A stretch of DNA of 64,000 nt from positions 832,001-896,000 of the forward strand of contig CAVTBR010000001.1 in NCBI GenBank assembly GCA_963733055.1, written 5' to 3'. The position numbers and the translations under genes were made by a program. Shown here one piece after another: positions 1 through 9,330 of this stretch; position 1 is the first letter of the stretch, and the number at the start of each line of letters is the position of its first letter. The notes beneath the pieces were generated by a model. The model saw only the letters and a program-made list of their open reading frames with translations, was not told where the DNA came from and searched no databases. This stretch comes from Candidatus Bathyarchaeota archaeon (lineage in GTDB: Archaea; Thermoproteota; Bathyarchaeia; 40CM-2-53-6).

Positions 1-770
1 GTTACAACTGGTGCCGCTAGGAATTCAGCTAAGGCTTGGAGTTCGCGGTAAGCATTAGCCATCTTTACTCCACCTCCCGCGAGGATGACGGGACGTTGTG
101 CGTTGAGAATCGCACGTGCGATGGTTTTCACGGCCACGGGGTCCGGGTCGAGCAGTGGTTGGTAGTTTGGAAAATCGACCCGCTCCGGGAATTCGACTTC
201 GTCTTCACCCTGCTGAACGTCTTTTGGAATGTCCACTAAAACCGGTTGAGGCCTTCGAGTTGTCGCCAAATAGAAGGCCGCCTTAATTGAGTAGGGCACG
301 TCGCGGACGCGGAGTGGTTGAAAGGTGTATTTTGTTACGGATGTAGCCATCCCAACGATATCGGTCTCTTGGAAAGCGTCCGTTCCAATCATGTAGGACG
401 GAACTTGACCTGTGACTGCCACAACGGGAGATGAATCCATGTACGCAGTAGCCAAACCAGTCAGGAGGTTGGTAGCACCAGGGCCCGAGGTTGCCATACA
501 AACCCCGACCTTCCCAGAAGCACGCGCATAACCGTCGGCCATATGGGCCGCGGACTGTTCATGCCTTGCAAGAATGTGTCTCAGACTCTTTTCATTCAGC
601 GGAGTGTATCTAAACGAATCACAATCGTACAGGGCATCGTAGATTGGCATGTTCGCTCCGCCGGGATGCCCAAAAACGACTTCCACTCCCTCCCGTAGTA
701 GCGCTTCCACAGCCGCATGGGCTCCGGACATTCTTGTCAAGTTTAGAGTCAACTCTTGTTTTTTATGCAC
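1..770 (-). CDS. ilvB: Acetolactate synthase large subunit, 5' part (runs off window start)
   Basis: Manual translation: MSGAHAAVEALLREGVEVVFGHPGGANMPIYDAL...RHEQSAAHMADGYARASGKVGVCMATSGPGATN, the ThDP-enzyme N-terminal motifs. In-frame starts are GTG 770 (6 nt after GGAGG), TTG 740 and ATG 731. Absent from the ORF track because it has no stop in the window. Confidence 0.95.
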   Translation of the reverse strand, partial: MHKKQELTLNLTRMSGAHAAVEALLREGVEVVFGHPGGANMPIYDALYDCDSFRYTPLNEKSLRHILARHEQSAAHMADGYARASGKVGVCMATSGPGATNLLTGLATAYMDSSPVVAVTGQVPSYMIGTDAFQETDIVGMATSVTKYTFQPLRVRDVPYSIKAAFYLATTRRPQPVLVDIPKDVQQGEDEVEFPERVDFPNYQPLLDPDPVAVKTIARAILNAQRPVILAGGGVKMANAYRELQALAEFLAAPVV

Positions 771-804
771 CCCGCCCCTCCGAACAACTAAGCTGGAGGA
801 CGGG
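771..804 (-). promoter_or_regulatory. GC-rich hairpin whose 3' arm contains an SD-like GGAGG for ilvB
   Basis: mRNA CCCGUCCUCC (804-795) pairs with GGAGGGGCGGG (781-771), with one G-U pair and a one-base bulge. Confidence 0.6.
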
Positions 805-879
805 CTATTGAAGGACGATAATGTCTACAAGCGAAGTCAGTAAGTTCAGAATGCTAAACTGAGGCGAATGGTTTGTCAA
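805..879 (-). CDS. Putative ilvB leader peptide MTNHSPQFSILNLLTSLVDIIVLQ (24 aa)
   Basis: TTG 879 to TAG 805; 10 of the last 15 codons are Ile/Leu/Val; TATA-like CTTATTA at about 923-929 on the minus strand. Confidence 0.55.
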   Translation of the reverse strand: MTNHSPQFSILNLLTSLVDIIVLQ

Positions 880-1024
880 CGCACTCGTAGACCTTGAATT
901 CAGCCACCATCCGAGGAGCCTCTAATAAGATTATCGAGGGTTCTCGTCAGTCTCACGTCGCTACTAGAACCTGAGTAACCATTTCGTCCCATCTAGTTCC
1001 TTAGCTGTAGTAGGCATGAACTTG

Positions 1025-2695
1025 TCAGTTGACCAAACGACGATTTGCTTGCACTTGTTTCAATGGTGTTTTCTTGGCCGATCCCGTTCTTAGCGCATAG
1101 TTGTAACCATCGACTAGCGCTTCTACACTTGCTTCGATAATGTTTGTCGATGACGCGACCGTCGTCCATGTTCTGCGCTTGTCGAAGAAGTCTATGTACA
1201 CAGCAACTCGGGCCGCTGTTCCCGCTTCCGAGTCGACCTCCCGGACCCTGTAACCAATAAGCATCGCTGAAAACTTCGAACCGAACTTTTCTCTCAACAC
1301 AACGCGAAGACCTTGGTCCAGAGCGTTGACTGGCCCATTGCCTACGGCAGTAGTCTCCAGCACCTTACCCTTGACCTCAACCGCCAGTTTACAGTGTGAT
1401 AATGACTCCTTACTTTGGTTCTGCACAGCAGCGTTCCAATAAAGAACCCTGAAAGGGTCAGATCGCCGAGTCAAAGCGCGCAAGAAGAGAAGCTCTACAG
1501 AAGCTTCCGCGAACTCGAGGTTGCAGCCCAAGGCTTCGAGATGTTTGACGTCCCGAAGGAGGTCTGAGAGTCTTTTGTCAGTCTTGGAGAGGCGGAATCC
1601 AAATCTTTGTGCGGCAGAGAGCAGGCTAGAGCGGCCGGCTTGTGAGGAGACTGTAATGGCTCGTGTATTGCCGAAGGCTTTCGGATCGAAGAATTCGTAC
1701 GCCGCTTCTGTCTTCAGCACCGCGTCCCCATGGACGCCCCCCTTGTGCGAGAAAGCATGTCTTCCGACAAAAGGCTTGTACCTGTCCTCCCGAACGCCGC
1801 TCATCTCGTACGTGAAACTCGACAACGAGGCTAATTTTGAGGTGTCCAGCCCCGTCTTAACGCCCAGCAGGTGAAGGTTCGCAACAACCTCGATTAAGTT
1901 GGCATTACCAACCCTCTCGCCCAAGCCATTCACAGTTCCCTGTATGTGCGAGGCTCCGGCCATCAGAGCGAAAAGTGAGTTAGCTGTGGCAATGCCGCGG
2001 TCGTTATGCGCATGGATCCCAACTGGAACTCCAACTTGACCCACCACGAGTCTAGTTGACTCGTAGATTTCTGATGGGTAGGTCCCCCCTCGCGTATCGC
2101 ACAGAACAAGCGTGGAGGCTCCCGCGTCTTGTGCTGCCTCCAAAGTCGAGAGGGCGTACTCAGGGTCTGCCCTGAAACCATCAAAGAAATGTTCAGCGTC
2201 ATAGATCACGTTCCGTTCGTGCGAAAGTAGAAACTCCACGGAATCACGAATCATTCTTCTATTCTCTTCCAAGGTTGTCCTTAGAACTTTCTCAACTTGA
2301 AAGGTCCAAGACTTGCCGAAGATTGTGACCGTTTCGGTTCCGGCTCTTAGAAGATGCTCGAGGTTACGATCTTCGGACGGATGCGTATCTGCGCGGCGCG
2401 TCATTCCGAAAGCGGTGACGTGAGAGAAATCTTTTTTGTTCAACGATTGCGCGAGTTTGAAAAATTCGCTATCAGTCGGATTCGTTTCGTTGGGCCAACC
2501 AGCTTCAACGTAATCAACTGCGGCAGCAATGAAAGCTCGTGTAACTCTAAGTTTCTGGGTTGAGGTAAAGTTTACACCTACTGATTGATTCCCATCACGG
2601 AGTGTTGTATCGTAAACTTCTACGGATTCAGGGAAATGTCGGGGGAAACTACACTGTTCGGCGACGGCTGTTTTGGATATCGATAAAACGATCAC
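1025..2695 (-). CDS. cimA: Citramalate synthase (LeuA/CimA family, DRE-TIM)
   Basis: YDTTLRDG, YDAEHFFDG, LCDTRGG, HAHND, GLGERVGN and HKGGVH motifs; C-terminal regulatory domain GNGPVNALD. Confidence 0.9.
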   Translation of the reverse strand: MIVLSISKTAVAEQCSFPRHFPESVEVYDTTLRDGNQSVGVNFTSTQKLRVTRAFIAAAVDYVEAGWPNETNPTDSEFFKLAQSLNKKDFSHVTAFGMTRRADTHPSEDRNLEHLLRAGTETVTIFGKSWTFQVEKVLRTTLEENRRMIRDSVEFLLSHERNVIYDAEHFFDGFRADPEYALSTLEAAQDAGASTLVLCDTRGGTYPSEIYESTRLVVGQVGVPVGIHAHNDRGIATANSLFALMAGASHIQGTVNGLGERVGNANLIEVVANLHLLGVKTGLDTSKLASLSSFTYEMSGVREDRYKPFVGRHAFSHKGGVHGDAVLKTEAAYEFFDPKAFGNTRAITVSSQAGRSSLLSAAQRFGFRLSKTDKRLSDLLRDVKHLEALGCNLEFAEASVELLFLRALTRRSDPFRVLYWNAAVQNQSKESLSHCKLAVEVKGKVLETTAVGNGPVNALDQGLRVVLREKFGSKFSAMLIGYRVREVDSEAGTAARVAVYIDFFDKRRTWTTVASSTNIIEASVEALVDGYNYALRTGSAKKTPLKQVQANRRLVN

Positions 2696-2725
2696 TCATT
2701 AGAACTAGCCTTTTTCGTCGATAGC

Positions 2726-2753
2726 TATGGCGGTAATAAAAACGTTCGCCATA
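2726..2753. promoter_or_regulatory. Inverted repeat TATGGCG-N14-CGCCATA bracketing the probable cimA TATA box
   Basis: Perfect 7-bp arms around CGAACG-TTTTTATTA (minus strand), about 40 nt upstream of the cimA GTG. Confidence 0.45.
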
Positions 2754-2779
2754 CGCTCTGGGACGAATTGAACCATCCC

Positions 2780-2869
2780 TTAGAGTGGAATAATCGTGGA
2801 TTCCTTTTCGGACTCGAACACAAACGAGGTCAAGGTCTTCTCGATGCCTCCAATGAGTCTTAGCTTACG
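2780..2869 (-). pseudogene. 3' remnant of an Lrp/AsnC-family regulator
   Basis: Reads RKLRLIGGIEKTLTSFVFESEKESTIIPL*, resembling the end of an AsnC/RAM ligand-binding domain. No start codon before an upstream in-frame stop. Confidence 0.55.
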
Positions 2870-2877
2870 CCACCGCC

Positions 2878-3261
2878 CTAGCCACGCAGATAATTGTCTT
2901 TACCTGTAAGCCAATCTTCTCGAGGAGGGCTGAAACAGTCGAGGTCTAGGGAATCCTCAATCGCAACTGCAGCGTGCTCAATGTTCGATGGGATTACTAA
3001 AACCTCGCCTTCTTTCACAATGGTATCTCTTCCGTTTATTGTGAATTTCAGCGCTCCCTTCAGAATAATTGTGATTTGTTCACTCACATGCTTGTGGGGC
3101 GGGACAATACACCCCTTCAATAGGACGATATAGCCGAGCATCTCATTATTTCCCGAGATAATCCTCCTCGAAAGCTTTGGATTTAGCCATTCTTCCTTTA
3201 GATCCGAAAGTTTACAGAATTTGACTTCGTCTTTCACAAATGGTTTTGCATCAGACCCCAA
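2878..3261 (-). CDS. Cupin-domain protein
   Basis: PPHKHVSEQ and IPSNIEH cupin motifs. Confidence 0.9.
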   Translation of the reverse strand: MGSDAKPFVKDEVKFCKLSDLKEEWLNPKLSRRIISGNNEMLGYIVLLKGCIVPPHKHVSEQITIILKGALKFTINGRDTIVKEGEVLVIPSNIEHAAVAIEDSLDLDCFSPPREDWLTGKDNYLRG

Positions 3262-3503
3262 GAAACTAACCTAACTTGAAATGACTGCTCCCACGATATG
3301 TTAGTTTTTCTTTTTCTGGGCTATTCAAGAATAATTCTCTGGCATCACGGACCTTCCAAACCAATGACCGTGATTGCTGATCTTAGAATTAATCAAAGGA
3401 CGATCTTGGGGTTCGGAAAAGACTACGAGTGCCATAGATGATTTTATTTGCTCTTGTCTCAACCCTTCTCCAAACATTACCATTATTCTGCTGGTGTGGA
3501 AGA

Positions 3504-4469
3504 GTGAAGACGATTCTGGTGCATGAGTTTGGGCCTCCTGAAGTTATGCAACTTGAGGAGGTCGAAGATCTTCGTCCGAGGGCAAACCAGGTCGTTGTCC
3601 GTGTGAAAGCCGCGGGGGTCAATCCTATGGATACTTACGTTCGGTCGGGAGGTTATGCAACCATGCCTTCGCTTCCTTATACACCCGGCATCGAGGCTGC
3701 GGGGATTGTCGAAAAGGTCGGCGAGGACGTCAAGAACGTTTCGGTGGGGACGCGAGTTTACACCTCCGGGATTTTCAGTCTTTCATCCTATGCAGAGCAA
3801 ATAGTTTGTGAAGTAGGTGATGTGCACCTTTTGCCGGGCCATTTATCATTCTCAGATGGAGCCGCCGTTGGTGTCGCTTATGCAACAGCTTATAGAGCGT
3901 TGTTTCAACGTGGCCATGCCGCCCCAGGGGAAACGGTGCTGATCCACGGTGCTTCAGGCGGCGTTGGCATAGCCGCCATACAGCTCTCAAGAGCATCGGG
4001 GATGCAGGTGATCGCATCAGCCGGTACTGAAAAAGGCCGAAAGCTCATCCTCGATCAAGGTGCGCCTCACGTTCTCGATCACACAGTATCGGGGCATCTG
4101 GATCAGGTTTTGGAATTAACGGCCGGTCAAGGTGCCGACATCATACTCAAGATGCTGGCAAACGTAAACCTTGGATTTGACCTAAGAGCTCTGGCAAAGG
4201 GTGGACGCGCCCTGATTGTGGGGAGTCGAGGAAAGGTCGACATTGATCCTAGAGATACTATGACTCGAGAAGCCACGATTCTTGGAGTCTATCTCTTCAA
4301 CATGGCAAATCGCGAAAAGGCCATTGCCTATTCCGCTCTCGGCGCAGGGCTGGAGAACAGAAGCTTGCATCCGGTTGTGGGAAAGGAATTTCCTCTAACA
4401 GAAGCACCGCGGTCTCACCGTGAAGTCATGCAACCGGGTGCCTATGGCAAGATCGTGTTGATTCCGTAA
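3504..4469 (+). CDS. NADPH:quinone oxidoreductase (zeta-crystallin/MDR family)
   Basis: AAGVNPMD, PYTPGIE, HGASGGVG and GKIVL motifs; the start is more likely GTG 3504 than 3438. Confidence 0.9.
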   Translation: MKTILVHEFGPPEVMQLEEVEDLRPRANQVVVRVKAAGVNPMDTYVRSGGYATMPSLPYTPGIEAAGIVEKVGEDVKNVSVGTRVYTSGIFSLSSYAEQIVCEVGDVHLLPGHLSFSDGAAVGVAYATAYRALFQRGHAAPGETVLIHGASGGVGIAAIQLSRASGMQVIASAGTEKGRKLILDQGAPHVLDHTVSGHLDQVLELTAGQGADIILKMLANVNLGFDLRALAKGGRALIVGSRGKVDIDPRDTMTREATILGVYLFNMANREKAIAYSALGAGLENRSLHPVVGKEFPLTEAPRSHREVMQPGAYGKIVLIP

Positions 4470-4630
4470 CCTATTTGTCAACGTTTCAACGCAGCTCCAA
4501 TAGTTGACTCGCTTTAGCCCTGTTATTTGCATCCAGTAGGCGTGTTCAGTTATCGCGGATTGTGGGGGAGGGAAAATTAGCCTTTAAATGATGCATTTCT
4601 CAGCATGCTACATAGGCGGCTTTAGGTCTG

Positions 4631-5621
4631 GTGTCGGTTCTAACCGATTCTTTTGGGCGCATTGCGCGTAAGCTTCGGATTTCGGTTACGGACCGCTGTA
4701 ACTTCCGTTGCCAGTTTTGCATGCCTATACACCCAGTCTGGTTACCGCACAGCGAGATTCTCAGCTATGAGGAGATTCGGCGTGTCGCATCCCTCTGCGT
4801 AGATATGGGCGTAGAGAACATACGACTCAGTGGCGGCGAACCCCTAATGCGCCGCGACATCGAGGACCTTGTCGCTCTCTTGGCTGACATCCCTAACCTT
4901 CGCCAGCTCAGCATGACAACCAACGGATTCCTCCTATCTGAGAAAGCCGTAGGCCCTAAGACAAGCCGGGTTGAAGGGAATCACAGTAAGCCTTCACAGC
5001 CTCAAGCCCGAAAGATTTAGCCAGATAACGGGAGGCGGAGTCCTCGAAACCGTCGTCGCCGGAATAAAAGCCGCGAAATCAAACGGCTTCAAGCCTCTCA
5101 AAATAAACGCCGTGATCATCCGGGGATGCAACGAAGACGAGGTAGCGGATCTAGCATCGCTCGCCAGGGCGGGCGACGTAACAGTTAGGTTCATTGAGTA
5201 CATGCCTTTCGACGGCCAGCACCATTGGGGCATGGATAAAGTAGTCAGCGGAAACGAGATAATCTTGAGAATTCGAGAACAATACGAATTGGATCCAATC
5301 CCGCGACAAGCCGGCAGCACAGCAAAGCTCTACAAATTCCAAGACGGAAAAGGGGAGATCGGAGTAATCACTTCCATAACCCAACCATTCTGCTCAGATT
5401 GCGACAGAATACGCATCTCCGCGGACGGCAAAATAGTCCCTTGCCTCTTTGACAAAACCGGATTCGATCTTAGGCCCCTGCTCAGAGGCGGAGCCACCGA
5501 TGAAGCCGTCATTAATTTCATGCGCGACGCGATCCTCCGTAAGGCGCCTGGTGTTGAAACATTGCTCAAGAAATATGAACGGCTTGAACACATTCGCCCA
5601 ATGCATACCATTGGCGGTTAG
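4631..5621 (+). CDS. moaA: GTP 3',8-cyclase MoaA, frameshifted at about 4954-4956
   Basis: CNFRCQFC radical SAM motif, FCSDCDR...C and a C-terminal IGG. Removing one C from GGCCCTA joins the two ORFs (…AVGLRQAGLKGI…). Confidence 0.9.
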
Positions 5622-5750
5622 AAAGCACAGACTATTTTAATAGTGGATTATTCGTCGAACAATCTTAATAGAACGCGAGAGGTTCTTCCCCAGAAAACCA
5701 AAGACAACGTCCTTCACGAGTAATCCAACAATCTTGTTATGGTATGTTCA

Positions 5751-6086
5751 ATGAGTCAGCCGAACCTTGTTCGAATTGGCAAGAAACCCATTATGAACTA
5801 CGTGACAGCCTGCGTGACACTCTTCAATTCGGGCAACGGACAGGTCATGGTCAGGGCAAGAGGCCAAGCAATAGAGAAAGCCATCGACACCGTACAAATG
5901 CTAAAGCACAGCTTCCTCAAAGACGTACGCGTCAAAAGCATAAACCTTGGGTCAGAAGATGTGACCCGCTACGACGGCACTCGAGGCAATATTTCAACGA
6001 TCGAAATCACACTCTCACAAGGAGATGACGAAGAGGAATTTGAGGAAGACGAGAACGTCGAGGTTGAACAAACCACACCCCCTTAG
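5751..6086 (+). CDS. alba: DNA/RNA-binding protein Alba with an acidic C-terminal tail
   Basis: IGKKPIMNYV, RARGQAIEKAIDTV and ISTIEITL motifs. Confidence 0.9.
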   Translation: MSQPNLVRIGKKPIMNYVTACVTLFNSGNGQVMVRARGQAIEKAIDTVQMLKHSFLKDVRVKSINLGSEDVTRYDGTRGNISTIEITLSQGDDEEEFEEDENVEVEQTTPP

Positions 6087-6151
6087 CTTTTCGGCAAAAT
6101 ACTAGCCTTCTCACACTCACTATTGTAGTCACGGAGCGTTATTCCGACTAA

Positions 6152-7162
6152 TCAGAATTTCTCGTCCAGTTGTGCGATATAGCTCTGTTTGACGTTCTCT
6201 TCTAAGAAAGAAGCCTTGAATGAGTTCTTCAAGAGTATGAGAATATCCTGCTCGGTGAGCCTAAGTGCATCAGCAACCGCCTTGTAATTTTCAGCCACAT
6301 ATCCTCCGAAATAAGCTGGGTCGTCGGAATTTATCATCACAAGCAAGCCTAGGTTGAGCATTTTCTTGACTGGGAACTTGTCCATGGAATCAAAGTAGCG
6401 GACTCCGACGCTGGCTAATGGGCAGGCGGTGAGGGGGATTTGTTGCTTCACGAGCTTTTCGACTAGCTTCGGGTCCTCGAGGGAGTGGTATCCATGATCG
6501 ACGCGGGACACTCCCAATAGCTCCAGAGCCTCCCAAACATATGCGGGTGGTGCTTCTTCTCCTGCATGTGCGACGGCCACGAAGCCTGCGTCCCGGGCTT
6601 TCTTGAACACTTCTTGAAACTTACTGGGAGGATTACCAAGCTCTTTCGAGTCCAAACCCACAGCGAAAATCTTGTCCTTGTACGAGAAAGCGTTCTCGAG
6701 CGTTTGCATCGCGGAAGCTGCAGAGAGGTCTCTTAGGAAGCACATTATCAGCTTGGACGTCATTCCCATAGTCTTCTGGCCGTCACTGAGAGCGTGACTT
6801 ATTCCATTGACCGCAGTCTCGAATGGTACTTTCCGGTCGGTGTGTGCTTGGGGGTCGAAGAAGATTTCAGCGTGACGCACTCCTTGGGATGAGGCACGCT
6901 TGAGGTAAGCCATGGTTAGCTCGTAAAAGTCTCGCTCGTGAAGAAGGACGCTCATCGCGTTGTAGTAAATGTCCAAGAATGATTGGAGGTCCGTGAACCT
7001 GTAAGCCTTTCGAACCTCATCCACGGTCTTGTAGGGAAGTTTAACCTTGTTTCGCTGAGCGATCTCAAACATGAGTTCGGGTTCGAAAGTGCCCTCGATG
7101 TGAAGATGTAACTCAGCCTTTGGAAACTCGTAGATCATCCGGTCAATTCTGCTACTTAACAA
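6152..7162 (-). CDS. add: Adenosine/adenine deaminase (ADA family)
   Basis: PKAELHLHIEG, HAGEE, RVDHG and NSDDPAYFGG motifs; alternative start ATG 7138. Confidence 0.9.
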   Translation of the reverse strand: MLSSRIDRMIYEFPKAELHLHIEGTFEPELMFEIAQRNKVKLPYKTVDEVRKAYRFTDLQSFLDIYYNAMSVLLHERDFYELTMAYLKRASSQGVRHAEIFFDPQAHTDRKVPFETAVNGISHALSDGQKTMGMTSKLIMCFLRDLSAASAMQTLENAFSYKDKIFAVGLDSKELGNPPSKFQEVFKKARDAGFVAVAHAGEEAPPAYVWEALELLGVSRVDHGYHSLEDPKLVEKLVKQQIPLTACPLASVGVRYFDSMDKFPVKKMLNLGLLVMINSDDPAYFGGYVAENYKAVADALRLTEQDILILLKNSFKASFLEENVKQSYIAQLDEKF

Positions 7163-7292
7163 GGCTGCCTCCGGGTTTTGTTTGGAGTGCGTTCATAAAT
7201 CTTTGTCAGGATGGGTTCCGCCGTTCTCCGTAAGTGTCGACAAAGTCTTTTATGCGAACGGCCGTCAAGCATGGCGTTCTAGGGAAGACTGA

Positions 7293-8855
7293 TTGGCTAA
7301 AGGTGCCGTTTTCGTTCGTGAAGCTACCGGCCTGATAAAGAACGTCTCTCTCTTTGACGCCGTCGCTCTAAACATAGCCGACATGTCGGCGGGGGCCGCG
7401 CTTGCCGTTGTAGGTTTCACTATGGTTCTGCTGCCAACCATATCTGGCGTAAACCTCGTGTATGGATCAATCATCGCATTCCTACTTTCTATTCCACAAA
7501 TCATCGTCTACACAATGATGACCCAACGAATACCCAGAACGGGCGGAGATTATGTCTGGCTCTCACGAACCTTTGGCGGATGGTTAGGAGGGTCCCTAGC
7601 ATTCATGGGTCCGGCCCTCAAGACGATGGCGTACTTGGCGCTAATTACGCTTTCAACAATCTTCGCGATTGGTTCGGTAGGCGCCTCTTTGGGTTACACG
7701 AGTTGCGGAATCACCAGCTGCCTTGGTCTCGCTTTGCCTGGAAATATTCAGGGGGCTGATGTAGTGTCCCAGTTTATTCTTGGAGTCATCATCTTCGCCG
7801 TGATGATAGGCGTGAATATTTGGAGGCCTAAATTCGGATACAAACTAGTATCAATATGCACCATAATCGGTGTCGTCACCATAATTGCTGCTAACCTCAC
7901 ACTCCTCTCAGCCGGTAGGACAGGGGTGTCAAGTTACATGGACTTCCTCAACAGCATCGGCGCAAATACGACCTATGCGAAGGTCGCTGCATCTTATACG
8001 GGGTCTACGTTCGACTTCAACGCCACAATTATGATGCTTCCATTCTTCGCAATCTTCGTTTACCCATGGATCTTTGCGGGCCCAGCCGTTGCATCTGAAC
8101 TCAAAGGCGGAAATAAGACTCTGAAATGGAATATCCCAATCGCAGCCCTCATCATATTCTTACTCGTGACGGGCTCCTTCGCAACAATGTACTATGTAGG
8201 AGGATTCGAATTCATTACGGCTGCCCTTGCCAACTCTACTTTGGTGTATACATACTCGTTCAATTTCTGGACTCTAGCGATGGGCGTCGCCAACAACGTC
8301 GCCTTGGCTTGGTTCATCGGGCTGGGATGGATTCTCTGGAACGTCGCCATCCTCGCATACGGAATAATTCTTGTTTCTCGGTATCTATTTGCTGAAGCAT
8401 TCGACCGATTCCTACCATCAAAAATCGCCTACGTAACTCCCAAGTGGGGTTCTCCGGTGGTCGCACACCTGATCGATCTCATCGTAGTAGTATTCCTAAT
8501 CGGTGGCGCCTCCTTCCTCTATGGAACTTTAGTATCCCTTTACGGAAGCGTCATCGCCTCGATGATTTACTTCGCATGCATCGGAGTAGCAGGGGCGGTG
8601 TATGGGGTTAGGAAAGAAAAGGGACAAGCGAAATGGTTGCTAGTATCCTGCGGAACCTTCACCGCACTCGTATTTCTATACCTGCTTTACCAGTTCCTAG
8701 CGTTTCCCTCGGTCTGGGGTGGAAACCCGTTCGCCTACTCCTACGTGGCCGCTTCATTTCTAACGGGGTTGGTTCTTTACGGGGTTTCTAAGTACTACCA
8801 CGGAAAACGAGGAATCGACATATCGCTCGCCTACAAAGAAATCCCGCCAGAATGA
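7293..8855 (+). CDS. APC-family amino acid/polyamine permease
   Basis: FVREATGL, PRTGGDYVW, FDRFLP and YKEIPPE motifs; about 12 hydrophobic segments. Confidence 0.9.
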   Translation: MAKGAVFVREATGLIKNVSLFDAVALNIADMSAGAALAVVGFTMVLLPTISGVNLVYGSIIAFLLSIPQIIVYTMMTQRIPRTGGDYVWLSRTFGGWLGGSLAFMGPALKTMAYLALITLSTIFAIGSVGASLGYTSCGITSCLGLALPGNIQGADVVSQFILGVIIFAVMIGVNIWRPKFGYKLVSICTIIGVVTIIAANLTLLSAGRTGVSSYMDFLNSIGANTTYAKVAASYTGSTFDFNATIMMLPFFAIFVYPWIFAGPAVASELKGGNKTLKWNIPIAALIIFLLVTGSFATMYYVGGFEFITAALANSTLVYTYSFNFWTLAMGVANNVALAWFIGLGWILWNVAILAYGIILVSRYLFAEAFDRFLPSKIAYVTPKWGSPVVAHLIDLIVVVFLIGGASFLYGTLVSLYGSVIASMIYFACIGVAGAVYGVRKEKGQAKWLLVSCGTFTALVFLYLLYQFLAFPSVWGGNPFAYSYVAASFLTGLVLYGVSKYYHGKRGIDISLAYKEIPPE

Positions 8856-8963
8856 ACACCAAACGATAAGGCGTCCCTCCCAAATTATTACACGGAATCG
8901 CTTCGCACTAACGCCGTTTGCGCGATTCCGTTAACTTCTCTCATAACTCACAGAAACCGACAG

Positions 8964-9323
8964 GTGGCTTCTTTGACAAACAGCGAAGAATTAGCGAACA
9001 AGATCCGGGAAGCGTTCTCACGGATTCGAAACGTCGAAGAGAAGAAAATGTTTGGCGGCGTGGCTTTCATGGTCAACGGGAAGATGTGCGTGACCGTACG
9101 AGATTCCAGAATAATGTGTCGCGTCGACCCTATGAAGCACGCGGAATTGATCCGCAGGAAGGGATGCCGCACCATGACGATGAGAGGTCGAGAGTACAAA
9201 GGTTACGTCTTGGTTGAAGAGAGAGCGTTAAAAACACGAAACGCCCTTCACTATTGGGTGCAGCTCGCGCTCGACTTTAACGAAAGAGCAAAAGCATCTA
9301 AGAAGAAGATAAAGACGAAATAG
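8964..9323 (+). CDS. TfoX/Sxy N-terminal domain protein
   Basis: EKKMFGGVAFMVNGKMC motif. Confidence 0.85.
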   Translation: MASLTNSEELANKIREAFSRIRNVEEKKMFGGVAFMVNGKMCVTVRDSRIMCRVDPMKHAELIRRKGCRTMTMRGREYKGYVLVEERALKTRNALHYWVQLALDFNERAKASKKKIKTK

Positions 9324-9330
9324 CGATCAA

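Noticed and set aside
759-804. ilvB leader hairpin as an intrinsic terminator
   Set aside because: It is followed by an A-run, not a U-run, on the coding strand.
854-910. ATG-started ORF MVAEFKVYECVDKPFASV* in the ilvB leader region
   Set aside because: Its ATG lies too close to the TATA-like box, probably upstream of the TSS, and it ends far from the hairpin.
2705-2752. Short ORF MANVFITAIAIDEKG* upstream of cimA as a second (Ile-sensing) leader peptide
   Set aside because: Only 3 Ile and 1 Val, and it overlaps what looks like the cimA BRE/TATA box, so it is probably not transcribed. Revisit if the TSS maps upstream of 2752.
4940-4970. Programmed ribosomal frameshifting in moaA and the other split genes
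   Set aside because: No slippery heptamer or common signal; mixed +1 and -1 events fit sequencing indels better.
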